Positions 11,792-22,555 of a stretch of DNA of 32,000 nt are shown here, in pieces. Each line of letters starts with the position of its first letter. Within the stretch, counting starts at the first letter, position 1. The notes under the pieces are model-generated. The model saw only the letters and a program-made list of their open reading frames with translations, ran no database searches and was not told the origin of the DNA. This DNA comes from Wallemia ichthyophaga EXF-994. Taxonomy: Eukaryota; Fungi; Basidiomycota. Position numbers and translations under genes: made by a program. The DNA lies in the NCBI RefSeq assembly GCF_000400465.1, contig NW_008806277.1, positions 240,001-272,000 of the forward strand, written 5' to 3'.

Positions 11792-13213
11792 ATGTCGAAG
11801 TCGCTGCAAGATCTAGACGTTCTCTCGCATGTTCTTAAGCAGAGATTGCTAAAAGGTTGATCCCTTCTCATCGCGTTTCGGTGGCAATCGATTAACGTCA
11901 TTTGCAGCTGATCTAATTGACCCTTTTGAAGTTTTGGTTATGGACACTGGCAATTTATCAAAGAGGCTAAATATGTCTGCTTCAGAATGTCAAAAACTCA
12001 TCGACGTCGTTGCGCTTGGTGCTTTTCCTGATGTAGAGGATTGGACAAGTCGATTTAATTCGATGGACAGTTTCACGAGCGGTGACAGCGCGATAGATGA
12101 TGTACTTGGTGGTGGTATACGCGAGCAGTCTCTACTTGAGATAGTTGGAGCATCGTAAGTGGATTTGGTGTAATTGCACACACCCACTTAAATACCGTCT
12201 ACAGCTCCGTTGGCAAGTCGCAGCTAACAATGCAATCTCTCGTTACAGTTCAGCTGCCTTTCGAAGAAGGTGGTTTGGACGCACGCGCAATACTGATACA
12301 CGCAAGTAAGGCACCGCCAACAGAACGGCTGAGTACAATCGCGCGTACATATTTTCCAGAATCGCATCCGAACGATATTCTATCAAACATATCTCTTCTC
12401 CATGTGAGGGATTTTCAGTGTTTGCAGCACGCGTTAGATTTTTTCATACCGCGATTTTTGGTAGACGGAACAAAAAGCAAACCAGTCAGATTGATTGCAG
12501 TAGATTCTCTCGGAGAGCTTAGTAGGCAATTTGATTCGAATGCGCATGGACTCGCGCAGAGGAATGCATCGCTGTTGCGAGTAGTTGATAGCTGTAAGCG
12601 ACTTATACACAAGTACAGACTATCGCTCGTTGTTGTGAATGGAGTCAGTGAGGCTATACAAGAAAATCAGATAGCGACGATGAATAGCTATGGTGTTCAG
12701 TCGCGTGCTTTCTCTGGACAGTCTGTACATAGCACCAAACAAGCCCAATTGGGATTAATATGGGCACACAACGTTCAAACGCGCTTGATGCTGGTAAGGA
12801 CGCTGCGAAAAGTCCATGTGAAGGTAACGGAGTCAGAGATAAGGATGAGTTCAACAGCAAATGGCGAAGCTGAAGCACGACTACCTATGCCACCAAAGGT
12901 AGAAGAAAGTGTAATGAATATTGATAGGCGGTTCAAGAAACCTCGCAAAGATGAAACATTTGCTGTGCACAAGCGCAGAGCTCACGTCGTATACTCAACA
13001 TACCTGAGTGGAGGAAAGTGCGAGTTTTATATACTCCCAATTGGAGTAAGGTCGGTAGAAATGACAAGACCAGATAGAAGAAAAGGATCACCAGTTCCAA
13101 CATGCGCTCTCACACCGGCAATCAGTCAGTCGCATACGCAATCGATAGATGACGATGAAGCAAAGATCTGGGCATCGATATCGTTCAGTGATGGGGACGA
13201 GGAGGATCTTTAG
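11792..13213 (+). CDS. RAD57: Rad51 paralogue Rad57/XRCC3 (RecA fold), 2 introns
   Basis: FTSGDSAIDDVLGGGI, spliced Walker A EIVGASSVGKSQL, VQLPFEEGGL, Walker B LIAVDS, VVVNGV and LGLIWAHNVQTRLML. Confidence 0.88.
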
Positions 13214-13272
13214 CATAGATTAATATAAAAATGTAAATTATTGAGCATTGTTGATAACACTCAGTCATCATC

Positions 13273-14497
13273 ATGTATAAACTGAAAAACACGCTAGCGG
13301 GGCATAAGAGGAGTGTAAATAGGGCAAGATTTAGTAACAGTGGCAAATATCTCGCGTCAGCGGGTGTGTAAAAGGTTTAAGTATCACCTACCAACCTAAT
13401 GCTCAACAAGGCGCAGATAAAACTGTGAAAGTTTGGAATATAGAGAAAGGGTTTTTACTAGAGAATTTTGAAGAACACGAGGATGGGGTGAATGACGTTT
13501 GCTGGTCATCGAATGATAGATATATCGCTAGTGGATCTGATGATAGATCAATAATACTGTGGTCGATAGAAGGCGTAAGAAACAAGGATCACGCCGTAAA
13601 AGTACTCAAAGGACACACAAATTATGTCTTGTGCGTTTGTTACAATCCACAGTGCAATCTATTAGCAAGTGGATCTTTTGACGAGACAGTGAGAATTTGG
13701 GATGTGCTGAGAGGTATGCTAACTGTTATTAACGTGTTAATTTAAATTATAAGCAGGAAAATGTTTGAGAACTATATCAGCACATTCAGATCCAGTAACA
13801 TCGATAGACTTTAGCAATGATAGCTCGTATATAGCTAGCTGCTCGATGGATGGACTGATGTAGGGGTTTGCTAGTGTCTCGTGGCATAGCTCGTGACGTG
13901 GGTAGCTAACACATTCTGTCAGACGTATATGGGATATTTGGTCAGGACAATGCTTGAAGACATTAGTCGATGAGTCAAACAAACAAGCGACATTTTTAAA
14001 ATTCTCACCCAACTCTCAATACCTCTTAAGCGCATCATTAGATCATATGGTGAAACTATGGGCATATGCTAGTAAAGAACGACCTATTCGAACATACACA
14101 GGACACGATAATAGCATTTACGCACAGTCGATTGATTTCGGCTACTTTAAGGAGAAGAGGTGTGTCATTGCTGGTTCTGAGGATGGCAAGGTGTTTGTTT
14201 GGGATTTGCAGACAAAGGAGGTTTTGCACAGTTTTACTGCACATAAAGGTGGGTGTGATATAATATAGTGATCAAGGCATTATTGACAAAGTAGACGCCG
14301 TTATTAACGTTGATTCACATTCACGATTACCACTGATATGCAGCTGCTCATTGGAAAAAGAGTGAGTGGGTATTCAACGTTAATCAAAACTAACTTGAAC
14401 CAGTCTGACAATAAAGATTTGGGAGTATGTACCAGGTGATACTGAAATGATTGAAGATAGTAATGTACCATCGAATGAAGTTATGAATGATGATTGA
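13273..14497 (+). CDS. SWD3: WD40-repeat COMPASS subunit WDR5/Swd3, multi-exon
   Basis: Collinear with WDR5: LAGHKRSV..FS..GKYLASA, LKGHTNYV, LASGSFDETVRIWD, AHSDPV, GQCLKTLVD, FLKFSPNSQYLL, YTGH.N, GSEDGKV..WDLQTKE, LEKDLTIKIW. Confidence 0.88.
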
Positions 14498-14547
14498 AAT
14501 GGTATCACATTGAGAATACAATTGAGTCAAATGAAATGCAAGTTGAG

Positions 14548-15807
14548 CTAATCATTTCTAGGACAATCCAAAGCGAAGAGTGGGAAGGGATAGATATCTT
14601 GATCGAGTAGACCGGCATACTCACCACTAATATTGACATCGCCAGATTTATCATTGACTTTGTTAGCTAGTGATGGAGATAGATGAGCAAAATGTTGGAT
14701 GAGGGGAGGTAAAAGCTTGTTGGAAGACTTTTCGTCTAAATCTATGACAACATATAAGTAGTCTGTTGGTAAACCATATCTCAGGACAGATTCGATGTAT
14801 AATCTGAGGAATTTAATATGAGCCAGAGCTTGGAATGTTTCAGAGAAGACGACTTTTAGTAGTTGAGTGAACTTTTTGTATTGGAATTTTTCTTTATCGC
14901 GGGCGTCTTGAAGTTGTTTTGATGACTCTTGTCCTAATGAGGGGTCGAATTGAAATTCACGAACAATGAACCTGTTTTCGCGACAAGCTTGAGAGAAGTC
15001 TTGCTTATACTTGCGGAAAACAGAAACATTAACAAGGGCAAATTCACTGTCTGTCGTAATAACGCTGTGGGGGAGGGTGTAAGAAGGTGAGAGTGAATTG
15101 AAGATGGTAGAACCTACTTGGATGATCTGGGTACAACCATCTTGCCCATTCTTTCATAAGAATTAAACCAATCTTTGAGGTTATTTCTGTTATTGACGTT
15201 AGAAAGTGGATAGGCACGGCAACGCAGCAACTTGCAAAGGGACAGCAATGAATAGAGATTGTAGAAATTCAGAATCAACGACATGAGATTGAGAAATGAT
15301 ACCAGCTAAGGATTTAGTTGAGAGATTGCCTAATTGTTTACGTTCAAGTTGGTTGAGAGAGCCTTTCGCGATTTGATAGTCTTGTTGATGATTTTTAAAG
15401 TCTAAATTATGAGAGTTGACGTTGTTTACGATGGCATGAGAAATATCAAATAGATTAGAATTATTGCGTTTGTATTTATAGTTATTCCATTTGAAATCGT
15501 TTAGGTATTCCTTCGGAGGGATTTGATCAATGGATAAAGAACTTGTGACGTTTAAGCTATCGGAAGACTCCAAGTAATTTTGAAGGAAAGAAGAAATGTG
15601 ATGATCGAGTTGATCAAGCTGTTCAGACAAAGAAATGGAAGCAGCTAAAGAGCTATATTTGAATGCAGGTAACTCAATCGTATGGATTGAAGTCGAAGGG
15701 TTTTGAATAGAGTTTGATTTTATAATGGCAGCCTTTAAATTTGAAATTAAATTAAATTTGTTTTCGTTCTTGATTGGAATTGAAATTAAATAAAATAAAT
15801 CCTTCAT
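14548..15807 (-). CDS. VMA5: V-type ATPase V1 subunit C, multi-exon, including one GC-AG intron
   Basis: FKWN..KY, GSLNQLERKQLGNLSTKSL, DSEFLQSLFIAVP, DWFNSYE...VVPRSS and FIVREF..D. The likely start is the ATG at 15807 (MKDLFYLISIP). Confidence 0.9.
15187..15235 (-). other. Non-canonical GC-AG intron (49 nt) in VMA5
   Basis: Donor GCAAGT, branch CTAAC, acceptor ACAG. Removal restores IAVPL-NNLKDWFNSYE, whereas the neighbouring GT donor gives an immediate TAA. Confidence 0.8.
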
Positions 15808-15937
15808 GGTGGTTGTGGATGTGGTGGGTGTGCATGATACAAGGTTCACAAGTACAATCAAGGGGTAATATAAAATGTAATTAATACTGCTATACGCATA
15901 CACACACACCAACTAAACTCACAGGGCTAAACTCACA

Positions 15938-16591
15938 ATGAAAAAGATTAAAAACCGCGAATCAATCCACCCAGGTTCACGTAAGGCTGAGCAAGTTACA
16001 AGGGTAAACCTGCGTTTGAATAAGCTGGATCAGAAGAAAAAGGCTTTGAATACTGATAAGAGTAACAAGATGGCTAGGTATCATTACTTGGCAAATAGAA
16101 TATCACAGCTAGAACCACAGCCTACAAGGATAAGCCTGGAAGATCTTCACAGTCTAGTTATACAATACATTGATAGAGATGATGATATTTATAATCAACT
16201 TAAATCTGATAGGGAGATTAGAGATAGTAAGTTAAAGAGATACTCAGGCAAAACAGCTAGAGAGGGTGAAATTGAATCTAGAAAGGAGAGAGAGTTATCA
16301 GAGTTTAATAGTGGATTCGTAGTACCAGATTTAACTGATAATATCACAATGGATTTGTTCAAACAATTTCCAAGTGCTCGTAAAATATCAAAGAAAACAA
16401 AGGGGAAAACTCATTCAAGTCAAGTGAACCAGGATAATTCTGATAATCAACAGCTAGATGAAGATGAATTATCAAAGCATGGATTAGATTTCAATTACCT
16501 CCCCCAGCTAAAGTTGATAAGAGTTTATTCAAATGATAATTCTAGATCTGATTTATTCCAATCTGGCCAGAATCCTATCTATAATAAATAG
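15938..16591 (+). CDS. TMA16: Translation machinery-associated protein 16 (pre-60S factor), intronless
   Basis: N-terminal IHPGSRKAEQV.R..LR..KL, then YI.RDD, and EF.SGFVVPDLTD. Confidence 0.85.
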   Translation: MKKIKNRESIHPGSRKAEQVTRVNLRLNKLDQKKKALNTDKSNKMARYHYLANRISQLEPQPTRISLEDLHSLVIQYIDRDDDIYNQLKSDREIRDSKLKRYSGKTAREGEIESRKERELSEFNSGFVVPDLTDNITMDLFKQFPSARKISKKTKGKTHSSQVNQDNSDNQQLDEDELSKHGLDFNYLPQLKLIRVYSNDNSRSDLFQSGQNPIYNK

Positions 16592-16647
16592 CTTATTTTG
16601 TATTTTAATTTTTATCCCTCTTAAACATCTTCAATCATCAAGTCAAT

Positions 16648-19115
16648 ATGCCCATCAGACAGCTTGAATCTTTCATAAATGAAAAGAAATTAAGTAAATC
16701 CACTTCGCTTTCTTCTTTAAGGGATACAAGATTAGGCATTGAAATGCAAACTTATTTGAATAGGCTGTTTGTAGATCCAAATTCAAAGGAACCTTTAGTC
16801 GCTGCTATGGGTGGTCATCCACTCGCTTTAATGGCTCACATCGAATCCGATCTAAGACTCCTCGAAAAATGGCACATCAAACCAATTTTCATCTTTAACG
16901 GTTTACAGCCTTCCAGAAAAATGAGATCTGGTTATACCGACTCTAGATCAACAATACGCTCAAATGGTTGGTCGGCTTATGAACAAGGTAGAATCGATGA
17001 CTCAATAAATAGCTTCGGTCAAAGGCAAAACATATTTCAACCCGATCTATTACGCCTTATTCATAAACTATTCAGACAACGTCACGTTGACTTTATCACT
17101 GCCCCTTACGTTTCTTGGCCTCAATCTGTATACCTCCTTACTCACCCAAATTCTTACATTCACGCTATTTTTGGTGCAACTGAACACCTCCTTTACCCAC
17201 AAACTGATAAATTAATTACCTCCATCGATTTGAAGAGAGGTTTCTTCAATTGGATTTCAAAGAAATCCTTATTAAACGAGTTAAGATTATCCGATGATCA
17301 ATTCTTTGACGTTGGTTTACTAGCTGGCATTGATATTTGCCCCACTTTCCCTCCTGCAAATCAGCAATTCGATTTCAAGCAAATCGTTGAAACTGTCAGG
17401 CAAGCAAAATCCGGTTGGGTCGCTGTACAAAACTTTATTCAATCTCAACAATCAAATGGTCACGAATCTTCCTATTACGTTGATTCCTATCAAAAAGCTG
17501 TCATCATCTTGAACTTTTCCTTCGTCTTATCAGCTGAGGAAGGTCGCGTTTTACCTTTACCTTTGGCAATTCCCCCTCCATCTCCACAACCTGCTCTCTC
17601 TTCTGCTGATATTCCTTCCGATTTAGCTGACGTTTTCTCACCTCGTCTACCTGATGAGGTTTACTTTCATTTGTGTAGAGGTTTGATCGGTCCTTGGCCT
17701 ATTAACACTCTCGCACAAGGTGGCTTCCAAGAAATGCCTCCATTATGCAATGGCGAGACTCAGGAATACAAAAGCTTCGTTAAGGATTACATTACAGAGT
17801 CTAACTTTGGTCCAAGAGCTGTTGCTATTGCTTTGATTGCTTCTGCTTTACATCCATTTTGGCGTAACAGACAGGTTCATGCTCACTATTACTTCCATAA
17901 CCACTCCACACTCGTACCACACAACTCTTCAACAACTACCGATCTTATAAAGAGAATTGAACATTGGAATGTTCCTTCTCGTGTCATTGAGGATGAATTG
18001 AGGAGACAGAATTCTTCAACTATCGATTTTGCCCTTTGTCTTGGTGCTACAAGTGGTGACAAATTTGCTGAAAGAACTATAACAATCAAGCCATCAAATG
18101 GTCCTGTTTTACATAAGAAGGATGAAATTGTTGCAAATACCATATGGCGGTTTTTGGAATTAAGATCGTACGTATGCACGCTGTTCTAATAGCTAACAAC
18201 CTAACCCGAATGATAGCTTCCTCACACCTCAACACACTCACACACCCTTCGGACGTGCGATGCATAATGCACTCACAGTGTCAAGACTTAATGACAAGTT
18301 CCAAGAGCCACTTGTACTTCTTGTCGAGCTTTTGCGTGCTCGTGTTCTCCATGATCGTCACTTTTCAAATATACAATTCTCAGGTGGTCCATCACTTGGT
18401 AGTGAAGATGATAAGAGAAGTATGCTGTTGATATACCGTACACTCTCCATTGTTCCACTTCATTTCAAAGTCAGTTGAGTGTTAAGTGCGAGTACACACC
18501 CATCTAATACCCTCAATCAGGCAGAGCATTGGTCAGGACCATTATCTAGGGAGCTGCTCGTCTTCAACTCTTTCCACAAGTCACTTTCAAGGTCTTTAAG
18601 AACGCTCGTCGAATCTATCACCATCAACGCCTTCCTCAAGAACAACGCAAAGAGAGCACGTGAAGATTATCTTGATATTGCGCTCTCATTACCATTCCAA
18701 AATGATACCAACACTGGATTTGGTATATTTATTAAGGTGAGTTTGGCTTGGATGTTTTAGTGGAGTGTTATTGACTAAGAATCACAGATTTACTTAGATG
18801 CATTGACAACATTCGCAGAAGGCAGCATTACAGAAGAAAACAAAGACAGTGACTTTGTAAATGAAGCCAAACAGTCAGCTATTGAGGTTTTGGGTGACGC
18901 CATACCCAACGTGAAGAACCCAGAGTCAGAACTTATGCGAGGATTTAGATTTTGGGATGCTGTAGGTGCTTAGATGCTTGCACAACTAACCAACTGACAA
19001 AAAACAGGTTCTTGTTTGTGTGCGCACTCTCAAAGCAGACAAAGCGATTGATATAAAACTGGCTGAATCATTCGAAGGAGCCAACAGCTACCTTGACATG
19101 ATGAGACCAAATTGA
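16648..19115 (+). CDS. MKT1: Mkt1 (XPG/PIN-like fold, Pbp1-binding post-transcriptional regulator), multi-exon
   Basis: MPIRQLESFI, RLGIE, IKPIFIFNGL, FITAPY.SWPQ..YL, PRLPDEVYF, NTIWRFLELR, HWSGPLSRELLVFNSF and LPFQNDTNTGFGI. It ends DMMRPN-stop at 19115. Confidence 0.9.
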
Positions 19116-19180
19116 TCAACCAGTTTTATGCAGTTTATACATATGATTGAAATGAAATGAAATTTATTGTGAAAATGTCT

Positions 19181-19550
19181 CTAATTTTCTTTTGATTTGG
19201 CTTCAAGGAACTTTTCAAGGTCAAATGATGGATTCTCAGGGTCAGTGATTACTGTTGAGCTTTAGTGTGTAAATCACATAACTAGGGCAGATTACTCACA
19301 TCCATTGCTACTCTTTGATGGCTTCTTCTCGATCCAAGCTTTACGTGCCTTCTCAATGACTTGTTGGTGGTGCTTCTCAGCCAAGTGCTCCTCCTCTTGT
19401 GCTTGAATCTTATGCACAGAACGCAGGTGTACTGCACCGTATACAACACCCGTGGCAAGTGCTGTCCAGCGAACAACCTAGTAGCGAATTAATGAGCTAA
19501 ATCAACCAAACTAAAACCACAGCGCCCACGTTTTGTGTAACCGATGCCAT
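19181..19550 (-). CDS. TIM11: Mitochondrial ATP synthase subunit e (Tim11/Atp21), 2 introns; missed by the ORF track
   Basis: Spliced product MASVTQNVVRWTALATGVVYGAVHL...ARKAW...LITDPENPSFDLEKFLEAKSKEN has the family-typical NV.RW.AL..GV.YG (GxxxG) and ITDPE.P.FDLE. Confidence 0.88.
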
Positions 19551-19666
19551 CGTCGTTGATCGTTTGAGTTTAAGTGAGTCGATTTAAACGTTGACGCCGG
19601 GAAACTTTTTTCAATCTTGATAAATGCATAAAGAGTAATTAAAATGAGTTTAAAAAATAATTTAAA

Positions 19667-20929
19667 TTAAAAGTTAGTACTCTCTCTAAACATGACGGCT
19701 TTGAAACTGTGTGGTGGGGTTAGTTGGCGTGAGCTGGTTTCTAGAATATACAGCGCAAGACTCACAATTCGTAAGATAACCAACATAAAGCATTCGATGG
19801 CATATGGGTGAGCATACGTGGTGCCCACCCTCTAAAGAATCCCTTGGCACCATTGCGCTCATACACAATCGACCATGCCTCCATTATACCAGATGCATTT
19901 CTTACGCGCATATCTTCAACTGGTGCATTACCACGTGTCTGAAGCACTGTCTTGGCTACGTCTAGTGGCGTTGTGAGGAGTGCTGCAACGGCTCCGGCTG
20001 CTGCACCCGACACACCGTGCGATACTGGTGAGTAGTTGTTCTGTGGATTGAGTATCTTTTTTGTGGATTCATAGGTGGAGAACTGCACGGCTGTGAACGG
20101 AACAGTCATCATGCTATGGGTGGGGGATGAATATAGGATTGTCTCAGCACTCCATACTCACAGTGTCGTTGGATATGAGACGTAGAAAGCCGAGAGTCCT
20201 TCTGTCTTGAGAAGTGTTCTAGCACACGAGCGCACTGTTTTAAATTTCGAGTCCTCGACCTGCATTCTCTGCTTAATCACTGTGATGCGGTGTTAAAAAA
20301 ATAGTGTAACTAGACTGACGCACCATCGAATGGGTTCATCAAAGCATCAGCAGCTATCGTCGCCGAAGCACCGGCCAACGCTATAAACAACGCTCGTCAG
20401 CACTGGAAAACGTTCGCGCTGTGTACCTTACCGGTAGGCAGCACCTGGTGACCCTCTCTGTTGCCTCCCGACAGATCCTTCATAGCCTCGTAAACGCCGA
20501 AATAAACAGCGTGTGCTGGACCAGCGCCAATAACAACTGAACTGACACCTCTCCACAACGATCTGAGTCCTTCGGTCGAAGAAACCCTATTGAAAGCCGA
20601 ATTTACAGACGAGTAAGCGAGTGCTTTGGATGAAGTTGGTGATGTCTGTATTACTTGCATACGTGTCTGTTGAATGAATAGCATAAGCAGGATACATCGT
20701 TGGTGGATAGACTAAACGACTAACTTTGATACTGTCGACGGGATACATGAATGCATGCTCCGATATACCTGCCAACGCTCCTGCGAATGCATGTATACCC
20801 CAAGAAGCAGTCTCTGGCAATGCTTCGTAATCAGGCTCTTCAACGACGGGAGCGGCTTCCTGAGGCTGTCAAATTTGTTATTCTGTGATGCTTTTGGTGG
20901 TGCTCTATGCTAACATTGGCAATTGACAT
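19667..20929 (-). CDS. MRS3: Mitochondrial iron carrier (mitoferrin, SLC25), multi-exon
   Basis: DYEALP, AGALAGISEHAFMYPVDSIKTRMQ, LWRGVSSVVIGAGPAHAVYFGVYE, MTVPFTAVQF, TTPLDVAKTVLQTRG and PSNALCWLSYE. MRS3 versus MRS4 cannot be distinguished. Confidence 0.9.
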
Positions 20930-21342
20930 TTCTTCCCGCTTATTTGCTTGTCTTTGTACGACCTGCGAAGACAAGATGTCGTTGGGCGCGGTTGAGTTGA
21001 TGGATGATCAAAGATCAATTTTAAATTTCGTGGCGGCGTCGTTGTGCACTTTATGTATTGGCAATGTGTCGTTTTACTGTAACGCCCTTCACAGCTTCGT
21101 GCGCGGTGAATGCTGGAATCACTCAGTGAACGCCAACGTCACGATGACGCAGGTGTTGCGTTGATCAGAAATGAATGGCTGGAAATATGCGCAGGTACTG
21201 GGAAAGACTAAGAGTCACTCAAAGCCACAGCTATCGCTCTGTATGCGTCCCAGGCGACACTTGCTCACAAAACGCGGACGGCGTACAGCCAGTCTGTCTT
21301 GTAGGTGTAAATGTGGATAACACCTCTTGAACCCCTTCAATC

Positions 21343-22555
21343 ATGGTCCTCGCTGCAATCGTCCAGTTCTGTGCACGTCACAACGTGAAAGACAACACAT
21401 TGCGCTGCGTGGATGCGATAAAATGTGCTGCCGGTAAAGGTGCCAAAGTGGGTTGTTTGCGTCGAAATACACGTGACGCTCATTCCGCAGGCAATCTTTC
21501 TGCCTGAAGCCAGCGATTTTATTGGCCAAGGTGACGCCTACAACAGGCTGTCTGAGCCATTAGAGAGTGGCTACTTCATGAGTGCAGTCAGAGACGCCGC
21601 GAAAGCGTCAGAGCTTTGGGTGTCTGTGTGTGTCCACGAAGCCGGTGGCTCGGACGGTCGCTGCTTCAACACCCAAGTACTCATCAGCGACAAAGGTTCT
21701 ATCGAATCTTCTTATAGGAAGGTGGGTCTATGTATTGATGTTGGTGTATACTCGCTGATTCCGCCAGATACACCTCTTTGACGTGAAGGATGTTGGGCCT
21801 GGCAATACGCCAGTGCTTGAAAGCGCTTCCACAGAGCCTGGTAGGCGTGTCGAGCAGCCGCGTCACACGCCATTCGGGAGAAGTGTGTATGTTCTTTGCG
21901 GCTGGCAACACTGACAAGTATGCATGCAGCCGGCATGCTCACCTGCTATGATCTGAGGTGGGCGACGTTTTGATAAAGCAACGAGACGATTAAACCAGTG
22001 GCAGATTCCCAGAGGTCAGCTTGATGCTGAGGGAGAAGGGTGCCGACGTCATCACATACCCCAGCAGCTTCGCAGTGAAGACGGTAAGTAGACGTTTTGC
22101 GCTGTTCAGGAACTGGAGCTACGACTTCAAATACTGATCCAAGATAGGGCAGGGCGCACTGGGGTATGTAAAGCACTCTCAACTCTGACACACTCACCGA
22201 TACGTGCAGAAACACTTCTCAGAGCCAGAGCTATCGAGACACAATGCTATGTGATAGCAGCAGCACAGGCGTGAGTTTGATCTTGCACTAAAACACCCTC
22301 TAATGATGCAGTGGCGTGCACACCCACGCCGGTAGAACATCCTATGGTAGATCCATGGTTGTTAATCCCTGGGGTGGGATTGTTACGCAGCTGGGCGCTT
22401 GCAATACAGATCCCAAGCCATACGATGATACCCAACCTCTTCCTGACACACCTACTGAAATCGCTTACTTTGACATCGATCTAGAGGAAATACAGAAAGT
22501 ACGCGCTGCAATGCCACTCCAGCAACAGCGTAGACATGACATTTATGCTGCTTGA
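21343..22555 (+). CDS. NIT2: Carbon-nitrogen hydrolase, Nit1/yeast Nit2 type (deaminated-glutathione amidase), multi-exon
   Basis: Catalytic triad motifs FLPEASD (E), YRKIHLFD (K) and TCYDLRFP (C); also AHWETLLRARAIETQCYVIAAAQ and SYGRSMVVNPWG. Confidence 0.9.

Noticed and set aside
15808-15912. N-terminal extension of VMA5 in the ORF track (MVCVYAYSS..)
   Set aside because: It lies in the 130-bp divergent promoter shared with TMA16; family similarity starts at the ATG at 15807.
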